Assembly: GCF_000020025.1 (NCBI RefSeq)
Contig: NC_010628.1
Span: forward strand, 6,180,001 to 6,212,000
Direction: 5' to 3'
From: Nostoc punctiforme PCC 73102
Lineage (GTDB): Bacteria > Cyanobacteriota > Cyanobacteriia > Cyanobacteriales > Nostocaceae
Length of the DNA: 32,000 nt
How positions within the stretch are numbered: position 1 is the first letter of the stretch; every line of letters starts with the position of its first letter. The position numbers were made by a program, and so were the translations under genes. Below are positions 17,127 through 23,951 of the stretch, piece by piece. The notes under the pieces are model-generated. The model did no database searches. It worked only from the letters and a program-made list of their open reading frames with translations, and was not told the origin of the DNA.

Positions 17127-17654
17127 GTGTCTACCGCTTCTTACTGGACATCTCCTGATTTTTCTCAAGCTGCCTTCATCGCAGCCAATGCTGTTGTTAT
17201 GGGTTCAGTAAATATAGCAGCAGGGGTGAGCATTTGGTATGGAGCAGTAGTTAGAGCAGATGTAGAACGGATTGAAATTGGTGAATGCACAAATATTCAA
17301 GATGGTGCAATTCTACATGGCGATCCTGGTTTTCCGACAATTTTAGAAGATCATGTTACCGTAGGGCATCGCGCTGTGGTACATTCCGCTTACATTGAGC
17401 GTGGAAGTTTGATTGGCATTGGCGCGGTTATTTTAGACGGGGTACGAGTGGGCGCTGGTAGCATTATTGGTGCTGGCGCAGTCGTAACTAAAAATATACC
17501 GCCTTTGTCACTAGTTGTAGGTGTTCCAGGCAAAGTGTTACGACAATTAACAGAGGCTGAAGCCGCAGAACTAATTGAACACGCTAAACGTTACCAAAAG
17601 TTAGCTTTAGTTCATGCTGGGAAAGGTACTGATATTGGCTTTAGTAAGTCTTAG
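17127..17654 (+). CDS. Gamma-carbonic-anhydrase-like / left-handed beta-helix (hexapeptide repeat) protein
   Basis: A 175-aa ORF with a GTG start. It has hexapeptide repeats ([80 protein letters not shown]) of the YrdA/PaaY-like type. Confidence 0.88.
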   Translation: MSTASYWTSPDFSQAAFIAANAVVMGSVNIAAGVSIWYGAVVRADVERIEIGECTNIQDGAILHGDPGFPTILEDHVTVGHRAVVHSAYIERGSLIGIGAVILDGVRVGAGSIIGAGAVVTKNIPPLSLVVGVPGKVLRQLTEAEAAELIEHAKRYQKLALVHAGKGTDIGFSKS

Positions 17655-17807
17655 GGAATGGGGAATGGGGAACGGGGAATGGGGGAGGAAGGCAGGGAGC
17701 AGGGGGCAAGGGGGAGAATAAAATTAGCTCTTTCCCCTCTGCTCCCGTTCGGCTACGCTCACGGCAACCCAGGTTTGTGCCTCTCTGCTTCTTGTGCCCA
17801 ATGCGCC
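17655..17807. repeat. Left arm of a large imperfect inverted repeat flanking psbY
   Basis: A G-rich heptamer array (GGGGAAT / GGGGCAA types) is followed by the core GAGAATAAAATTAGCTCTTTCCCCTCTGCTCCC ... CTCTGCTTCTTGTGCCCAATGCGCC. Its reverse complement recurs at 18121-18264. Confidence 0.8.
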
Positions 17808-17921
17808 ATAATTTAAACATTCTTTACATATATATTGGGAAAAGTTACCCACTTCAGCTAAAAATAAAAATGAGAGCAGTTGACAAAACTTTAATTTCTA
17901 CTTAAGAGAGGGGTTCTAGAT

Positions 17922-18047
17922 ATGGATATCGATTACCGTATAGCGATCGTTTTAGCACCAGTCGTCATTGCTGCTAGCTGGGCAGTGTTTAATATTGGCG
18001 CTGCGGCTTTAAGACAAATTCAAGGCTTTTTGGATCGGGAAGCCTAA
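17922..18047 (+). CDS. psbY: Photosystem II protein Y (PsbY)
   Basis: Too short for the ORF track. ATG 17922 to TAA 18045-18047 encodes [41 protein letters not shown] (41 aa). It has a single TM helix and the MD...R....L.PV..AA.WAV.NI pattern I remember for cyanobacterial PsbY. A purine-rich AGAGAGGGG lies upstream. Confidence 0.8.
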   Translation: MDIDYRIAIVLAPVVIAASWAVFNIGAAALRQIQGFLDREA

Positions 18048-18072
18048 ATTCGGTTTAATATCATCACTTTGC

Positions 18073-18110
18073 AACCGCCTGTTTCTACTTATGGAGACAG
18101 TCGGTTTTAT
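18073..18110 (+). terminator. Candidate terminator hairpin after psbY
   Basis: AACCGCCTGTTTC (18073-18085) pairs with GAGACAGTCGGTT (18094-18106): 11 Watson-Crick pairs, 1 G-U and 1 mismatch, with an 8-nt loop. Only a short T run (TTTT) follows. Confidence 0.45.
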
Positions 18111-18120
18111 CACGATTAAT

Positions 18121-18264
18121 GGTGCATTGGGCACAAGAGGCAGAGGGTAAGAGAGCAGGGAGCAGAGGCGAAAGAGCTAATTTTTATTCTGCCCCTTACC
18201 CCTTGCCCCTTACCCCTTGCCCCTTACCCCTTGTCCCCCTTGTCCCCCCTGCCCCCTGCCTTCC
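18121..18264. repeat. Right arm of the inverted repeat flanking psbY
   Basis: GGTGCATTGGGCACAAGAGGCAGAG ... GGGAGCAGAGGCGAAAGAGCTAATTTTTATTCTGCC is followed by a C-rich heptamer array (CCCTTAC / CCCTTGC / CCCCTGC). It is the reverse complement of 17655-17807, apart from an insert of about 30 nt present only in the left arm. Confidence 0.8.
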
Positions 18265-19563
18265 TTGGATATTGATTCTGTAATACAACCCTTTCAACGC
18301 TTTGGTGTCCATCTGGGACTCGATCGCATTATCAACCTATTGGCAAATCTCGGCAATCCTCATCACCAAGTCCCGGTAATTCATGTTGCTGGCACTAATG
18401 GTAAAGGTTCCGTCTGTGCCTATCTTTCCTCGATACTTACTGAGGCTGGTTATCGCACAGGACGCTACACTTCACCGCATTTAGTCGATTGGACGGAACG
18501 TATTTGTCTGAATGAACAGCCAATTTCTTCTGAGGAATTGAGCCAATTATTAGAAAAAGTCCAAGGAGTGATTCGCCCTGAAGACGAATCGGCAACTCAG
18601 TTTGAAGTAATTACGGCGGCTGCTTGGTTATATTTTGCCCAGCAGCAAGTAGATGTGGCTGTGGTAGAAGTCGGACTAGGAGGGCGCTTAGACGCTACCA
18701 ATGTCTGCTTGGAACCCATAGTTACTATCATCACTTCCATCAGCCGGGAACATTGGCAGCAACTTGGCCCCACCGTCGCGGATATTGCTAGAGAAAAAGC
18801 AGGTATTCTCAAACCTGGATGTCCCGTTGTAGTTGGGCAATTGCCACTGGATGCAGAAGAGGTTGTGCGATCGCGTGCTTTAGAATTAAAATGTCCAATT
18901 TTTACGCCTCAACCTGCCCGTCAAATCGCTACAGGATGGGCAGAATATCAAACACTTCAAAATTCTCAATTAATTAAATATCCTTTGCCATTAGCGGGAC
19001 AAATTCAATTAGCAAATTCAGCTTTGGCAATAGCAGCTTTAGAAATTCTCCAAGAACAGGGTTGGCATATTTCTGAAGAAGCCATAATTAAGGGTATGGC
19101 AAAAACTCAATGGCCAGGAAGGATGCAATGGACTACCTGGAACAACCATAAAATATTACTTGATGGCGCTCATAATACTGCCGCCGCCCAAGTTCTTCGC
19201 CAGTATGTTGATAGCTTAGACGCAGTTAATCCCAAGCCCATCACTTGGGTTATGGGAATGTTTTCCGATAAGGATCATGCTGATATTTTTGCCGCCCTAC
19301 TGCGCCCTGGCGATCGCCTTTTTTTAGTACCAATACCAGTAGAATCCTGGACAGGTAGAACCTCTGCCGATCTAGACTCCTTAGCAAACCTAGCTTATAG
19401 GCTCTGTCCCCAATTAAGCGATCGCCAAATCCATCCAGATTTATTTACAGCACTAGAAGTCGCAATCTCAACCACTAGCACAGACGATTTAATCGTTTTA
19501 TGTGGTTCCCTTTATCTAGTAGGCGATTTTTTAGCAACCACCAATATAATTCGTAAATCATAA
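18265..19563 (+). CDS. folC: Bifunctional folylpolyglutamate synthase / dihydrofolate synthase
   Basis: It has the Mur-ligase-type P-loop HVAGTNGKGS, plus VVEVGLGGRLDATN and DGAHN motifs. I place the start at TTG 18265 (M-DIDSVIQPFQRFGVHLGLDRI), immediately after the repeat arm. The ORF track's TTG at 18217 adds PLTPCPPCPPCPLPS, which is encoded purely by the heptamer repeat. Confidence 0.9.
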   Translation: MDIDSVIQPFQRFGVHLGLDRIINLLANLGNPHHQVPVIHVAGTNGKGSVCAYLSSILTEAGYRTGRYTSPHLVDWTERICLNEQPISSEELSQLLEKVQGVIRPEDESATQFEVITAAAWLYFAQQQVDVAVVEVGLGGRLDATNVCLEPIVTIITSISREHWQQLGPTVADIAREKAGILKPGCPVVVGQLPLDAEEVVRSRALELKCPIFTPQPARQIATGWAEYQTLQNSQLIKYPLPLAGQIQLANSALAIAALEILQEQGWHISEEAIIKGMAKTQWPGRMQWTTWNNHKILLDGAHNTAAAQVLRQYVDSLDAVNPKPITWVMGMFSDKDHADIFAALLRPGDRLFLVPIPVESWTGRTSADLDSLANLAYRLCPQLSDRQIHPDLFTALEVAISTTSTDDLIVLCGSLYLVGDFLATTNIIRKS

Positions 19564-19599
19564 TTACGAATTACGAATTACGAATTACGAATTACGAAT
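19563..19599. repeat. ATTACGA heptamer tandem repeat (5 copies) filling the whole gap between convergent stop codons
   Basis: ATTACGA x5 (19563-19597) begins inside the folC TAA stop and ends 2 nt before the complement of the substrate-binding-protein (SBP) stop codon (19600-19602). Upstream AATTCGTAA (within the folC 3' end) is its reverse complement, giving a hairpin. Confidence 0.9.
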
Positions 19600-20898
19600 T
19601 TATCTCTGATTCCACTCCTGCGCCGCATCTTCTACAGCTTTATCTACATTCTTCTCCCCTAACATTGCTGCTTGCAAATTCTCGTAAATTGCCTTTTGCA
19701 GTTTGTTAAAATCCTTTAAATTAGGGGTTAATATTTCTGCATGTTGTAGTTCTTTAGCACTCATAACTCGCGCTTTTTCTATTGTTGAAGCATTAGCTGG
19801 AACATCTTTAAAGTAACTATCAGACAATGCCTTGACTGTAGAAGGTAAAACATTTGCAGCTTTGGCAAAGGCTAACTGATTTTCGTCATTGGTGACAAAT
19901 AAAGCAAACTTCACAGCGTCATCTGGTTGTTTCGTGTCGCGGGGAATAACTATGTTCATTACCGCGACATTTTTCTTGCCTGTGTCACCGGTGAGTTGAG
20001 GTGCTATTGCTGAAGCTTGGGCAATTTTCGGGGCATTATTAGCGATCGTTTTCAGAAACTCTGGCCCAGAAGCTAGAAACACAGTTTCTCCAGATTGATA
20101 TAAATCGATCGCATGGCGATGTCCTTGTGTTAAAGCCTCTTTAGGCAGTAGCCCTTTTTTATACAAGTCTACCCAGTATTGAAATGCTGCCTTACCTTGT
20201 GCTGAATTAAACGCTGCTTTTCCATCAGCATCTACTAGGGTGACTCCCATTTGCACAAAAGATTCCAGCACTTCACCGGAATCTTGCGGTACGAAAGTTA
20301 GAAAAAAGGCATATTTGCCAGTCTTATCTTTAATTTGTTGTGCTACTTGTGCTAATTCTGCGTAGGTTGTGGGTATCTTATTGATACCTGCCTGTTTTAA
20401 TAAATCAGTGTTATAAATGGTTAACCTTGTGGTGAGATACCAGGGAAACCCAAAACTCTTGCCATTAAGCGTACTGGCTTTCCAGATATTCGGTAGATAG
20501 GAGGAACGTATATCGTTTGAGACTTTCGCATCTAAATCTAACCAGGCATTTCGACCCGCCAGTTGGGAAGCGAAACCCGGATTGAGGTTAACTACATCAG
20601 GTGGCGTTTTTGCTGAGACAGCTGTTAAAATTTTGTTCTCCATAGCTGCCCAAGGCACGTCAACCCAGTTAATCTTTATACCTGGATTTTGCAATTCAAA
20701 ATTTGCAATTAGGTTTTTGAAGTAGTCGGTAAATTGAGGTTGGAGTTGCATTGTCCAAAACTCAATAGTTGCCCCTCCTGAATTAGCTTGTTTTGTATTT
20801 GTACTAACATTACCTGTGCTACAACTTACAATCCAACTGGTTAATAAGCCAAGCAGTGCCAAAGCAAGAAGTTGTTTAAATTTTCGCAATTGAATCAT
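19600..20898 (-). CDS. ABC transporter substrate-binding lipoprotein (carbohydrate / family-1 solute-binding type)
   Basis: A 432-aa ORF with a signal peptide and lipobox (LLTSWIVS-C). The overall pattern matches extracellular solute-binding family 1 (WTMQ...., NPGIKINWVDVPW, GFPWY). No cognate permease or ATPase genes lie nearby. Confidence 0.85.
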   Translation of the reverse strand: MIQLRKFKQLLALALLGLLTSWIVSCSTGNVSTNTKQANSGGATIEFWTMQLQPQFTDYFKNLIANFELQNPGIKINWVDVPWAAMENKILTAVSAKTPPDVVNLNPGFASQLAGRNAWLDLDAKVSNDIRSSYLPNIWKASTLNGKSFGFPWYLTTRLTIYNTDLLKQAGINKIPTTYAELAQVAQQIKDKTGKYAFFLTFVPQDSGEVLESFVQMGVTLVDADGKAAFNSAQGKAAFQYWVDLYKKGLLPKEALTQGHRHAIDLYQSGETVFLASGPEFLKTIANNAPKIAQASAIAPQLTGDTGKKNVAVMNIVIPRDTKQPDDAVKFALFVTNDENQLAFAKAANVLPSTVKALSDSYFKDVPANASTIEKARVMSAKELQHAEILTPNLKDFNKLQKAIYENLQAAMLGEKNVDKAVEDAAQEWNQR

Positions 20899-21051
20899 AT
20901 TCCCAGTATTTTTACGCTTGATCAGTGTGAAAAGCTTAGACAGAATTGTCGAGATTATAGGCTAAATAAATTACGTGTAGAGACGTAATATATTACGTTT
21001 CTATCCACAACAAATTTAAATTTTCAATTTAGCAGTCCATCGGGCACAACT

Positions 21052-22158
21052 GTGGTACAAAAATTCAATCGTCTGTTTGGCAAATCGAATAAAGGGGTCG
21101 GCATTGAACTTGCTCCCGAACGGGTAAATGTAGTTCAGCTACGCAAACAGCGTCAAGGCTTGAAACTAGAAACCTTTACATCGGTAGCAGTTCCAGAAGG
21201 CGTAGTTACCGATGGTCAAATCACTGATCCCGCAGCAATGGCGCAATTAATCCAACAGGCGCTAGCTGAAAGCAAAATCAAAACTACTCGTGTTGCCACT
21301 GGTGTACCAGGGCGAGATTCCATCGTTCGGATTATACCTGTACCAACGGAGTTAGATGACAAAGAACTGCGAGAAATGGTGCTAAACCATGAAGCAGGTT
21401 TGTATTTACCCTATCCCCGTGAAGAAGCTGATGTAGATTATCAAAAACTTGACTACTTTGTAGATGAGGATGGCATTGAAAAAGTACATGTACTTCTAGT
21501 AGCCACTCGCAAGGAAATAACAGATACCTATATAAGTACATTCGAGCAGGCAGGACTACAAATTGATGTTTTAGAAATTAACAGTTTTGCCCTAATTCGG
21601 ACTATTCGTGAGCAACTGCGACAATTTGGGCCGCAAGAAGCAGCAGTACTAGTTGATATAGAGTTCGACAGTACAGAAATCGCCATCATTGTTAACGGAG
21701 TACCGCAATTTTCGCGCACAGTGCCCATAGGCACTTATCAAATGCAAACTGCGTTAGCAAGGGCAATGAGCTTACCCACATCACGAGATATGGAACTGTT
21801 ACACGGAATGATTATTCCCCCAACTCCTCTAGATGGTGGGAAAACCGGTGTTACCGAAATCGATCCTGGTATGGCAGCCATATTGAGAGTATTGGGTGAA
21901 CTAACGGATGAACTGCGCCGTTCGATCGATTTTTACCTTAATCAAAGTGAAAATTTGGAGGTAGCGCAGATTTTATTAGCTGGGCCAGGAGGCGGACTCC
22001 AACAGCTAGATGAATTCTTTACCCAACGATTGAGCTTGCCAACTACCCAAATAGATCCAATTGGGTCTTTGTCGTTAGAAGTTGACACTGATAAATATCC
22101 ACAGGTAAAACGCTCTGGCTTGGCGATTGTACTTGGTTTAGGAATGCGGGAGGTGTAA
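21052..22158 (+). CDS. pilM: Type IV pilus assembly protein PilM (actin-like ATPase fold)
   Basis: A 368-aa ORF with a GTG start. The N-terminus GIELAPERVNVVQL and the layout are typical of PilM. It is followed by pilN, pilO and pilQ in the canonical order. Confidence 0.92.
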   Translation: MVQKFNRLFGKSNKGVGIELAPERVNVVQLRKQRQGLKLETFTSVAVPEGVVTDGQITDPAAMAQLIQQALAESKIKTTRVATGVPGRDSIVRIIPVPTELDDKELREMVLNHEAGLYLPYPREEADVDYQKLDYFVDEDGIEKVHVLLVATRKEITDTYISTFEQAGLQIDVLEINSFALIRTIREQLRQFGPQEAAVLVDIEFDSTEIAIIVNGVPQFSRTVPIGTYQMQTALARAMSLPTSRDMELLHGMIIPPTPLDGGKTGVTEIDPGMAAILRVLGELTDELRRSIDFYLNQSENLEVAQILLAGPGGGLQQLDEFFTQRLSLPTTQIDPIGSLSLEVDTDKYPQVKRSGLAIVLGLGMREV

Positions 22159-22163
22159 TACCA

Positions 22164-22194
22164 ATTTTAGATTTTGGATTTTGGATTTTGGATT
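22164..22194. repeat. ATTTTGG heptamer tandem repeat in the pilM-pilN spacer
   Basis: ATTTTAG ATTTTGG ATTTTGG ATTTTGG, read directly from the sequence. Confidence 0.85.
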
Positions 22195-22265
22195 GTCTGT
22201 TTTGATAGTTACGCTGTTTGAGAATTCTCAAACCATAAATATTTGTTTCTAGTTGGTGTGAGAAA

Positions 22266-23042
22266 ATGTACAGTTTGGATGTTAATTTTCTTAAAGATCG
22301 CCCAGCATACCAGAAAAAACCAGAGGGAAAGGGAGGAATATCCCTAAACCTGCCTACAGGTAATTTGACACCAGTGTATGTGGGAGTTGCAGTAGGTATA
22401 GGTCTTCCAGCTTTATTGGGAGTTAGTTGGTTGTTGTTGCAAGGGAAGATTGTTGAATTAGATGCTCAAGTAGCAAAACTCGATCAGGAAAGCAAGAGAT
22501 TAGATATAGAAATAGGAAATCTGAACAAAATCAAAGCCGAGACGAGTGCAGTTAAAGGGGAAACTCAAGCTTTAGTCACTGTATTTGACCAGATTCGACC
22601 TTGGTCAGCAATGCTGCAAGATTTGCGCGATCGCATCCCAACAGCAGTGCAAATCGAGACCATCAGGCAAATCCCACCCGTTGCAGTAGCAGCAGATCAG
22701 CCCCCAAGCAATCCCGCAGGTGGATTAGAAATTACTGGATTTGCTCGTTCTTTTAACGATGTCAATGATTTCTTATTGAGTTTACAACAGTCTCGATTCT
22801 TGAAGTCCACAGAAAGCAGAATTCTAACGGCAACGTTAGTAGATCCTCCTCCAATACCAGGTGCAGCTCAACCTTCTAGTGGTGTAACAATTAAGCCTCC
22901 ACAAGTAGTTAAATACACTATTCAATCTGGTATGAGCGACGTTCCAGCTTCGGAATTAATTCGGGAATTGGAAAAAAAAGGCACAGTGGGATTAGTGGCT
23001 CGAATTCGTAGTATGCAACAAACAGGAGTCATTCCAAAATGA
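22266..23042 (+). CDS. pilN: Type IV pilus assembly protein PilN
   Basis: A 258-aa ORF with a single TM helix (VYVGVAVGIGLPALLGVSWLLL), then a coiled-coil segment and a periplasmic domain. Its position is between pilM and pilO. The stop overlaps the pilO start (ATGA). Confidence 0.85.
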   Translation: MYSLDVNFLKDRPAYQKKPEGKGGISLNLPTGNLTPVYVGVAVGIGLPALLGVSWLLLQGKIVELDAQVAKLDQESKRLDIEIGNLNKIKAETSAVKGETQALVTVFDQIRPWSAMLQDLRDRIPTAVQIETIRQIPPVAVAADQPPSNPAGGLEITGFARSFNDVNDFLLSLQQSRFLKSTESRILTATLVDPPPIPGAAQPSSGVTIKPPQVVKYTIQSGMSDVPASELIRELEKKGTVGLVARIRSMQQTGVIPK

Positions 23043-23815
23043 CGCTGAGTGATGATTTAAATTTTGCTGAACAAGGTGGGGAATTCGATCGGGCAACGCC
23101 AGCGTCCCCCGTGCTATTTGGTATTGCCTTCACGCCAAAAATCATTGGCATCTTGGTAGGGGTAATTGGTTTAGCGGGAGCAGGTTATATATTGTTAAAC
23201 CTGCTGATGCCAGCTTGGGAAAGCTACCAGCAGCAGCAAGCAAAAAGCTCTGAACTGCAAGGGCAAATTGAGCAGAAAAAAGCCAATATCAAACAGATTG
23301 AAAAAGTTAAAGAGGAACTAGCACAAGCAAAACAGCAAAAAGTTCAGGTTTTAGGTTTATTTGCTAACGAGAAAACCTTAGATACATTGCTGTTAGATAT
23401 GAACCGCTTAGTTGAGTCTGGCAATACTCCAGCTTCTATTAATGCAGTCAGAGCCAAACTGAAGAGATTTGTGCCAGTTTCCCAAAAACCAGAACCGATT
23501 ACTGATGGCTCTCTAGGACTAAAGGTTGACGGCAAGCTGCAACGCAGCACTATCAATGCCGAAATTACAGGAACTTATGAGCAAACACAATCGATAATTC
23601 GTAACATTGAGCGATTACAGCCTTTGTTAATAATTAAAGATTATCAAGCAACTTTGGCTCCATTAGAATCAAGATCCCCATTAGACAAAACACCGGTACA
23701 GGTTGGGCCAGTAGCGATTAATACGTCATTCCAGATACAGGTATTGATGCCACTTAGTCCTGAAGGAATAGCCGCAGCTGCTGCTGCGGCTGCTAAAGCT
23801 ACCCCGAAAAAGTAG
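23039..23815 (+). CDS. pilO: Type IV pilus assembly protein PilO
   Basis: A 258-aa ORF with a TM helix (IIGILVGVIGLAGAGYILLNLL), a coiled coil (QQQQAKSSELQGQIEQKKANIKQIEKVKEELAQAKQQ) and a periplasmic domain. It has a 4-nt overlap with pilN and an Ala-rich C-terminal tail. Confidence 0.85.
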   Translation: MTLSDDLNFAEQGGEFDRATPASPVLFGIAFTPKIIGILVGVIGLAGAGYILLNLLMPAWESYQQQQAKSSELQGQIEQKKANIKQIEKVKEELAQAKQQKVQVLGLFANEKTLDTLLLDMNRLVESGNTPASINAVRAKLKRFVPVSQKPEPITDGSLGLKVDGKLQRSTINAEITGTYEQTQSIIRNIERLQPLLIIKDYQATLAPLESRSPLDKTPVQVGPVAINTSFQIQVLMPLSPEGIAAAAAAAAKATPKK

Positions 23816-23827
23816 TTTTGAATTAGT

Positions 23828-23886
23828 AGTTATGAATCGTGAATTGTGAGTTAGGAGTTATCATTCCTAACTATTCACTCATAACT
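23828..23886 (+). other. Bulged hairpin in the pilO-pilQ spacer
   Basis: AGTTATGA-atc-GTGAAT-tgtg-AGTTAGGA (23828-23856), loop GTTATCAT, then TCCTAACTATTCACTCATAACT (23865-23886). The innermost 8 bp, AGTTAGGA with TCCTAACT, pair perfectly. Confidence 0.6.
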
Positions 23887-23951
23887 TCTTACTTTTAATG
23901 AACTACTCAAGATTGTTTGTAAACAAGGTTTTATTAGGTGAGGAATGAACT

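Noticed and set aside
17880-17908. Consensus -35 hexamer TTGACA upstream of psbY
   Set aside because: No acceptable -10 hexamer lies at 16-18 nt spacing (TAAGAG at best). The implied leader would be only a few nucleotides long, so I cannot support a promoter call from sequence alone.
18217-18264. N-terminal extension of folC (MPLTPCPPCPPCPLPS) from the ORF track's TTG start
   Set aside because: These 16 codons are encoded entirely by the C-rich heptamer array that forms the right inverted-repeat arm. An in-frame TTG at 18265 gives a normal FolC N-terminus. The longer form cannot be strictly excluded.
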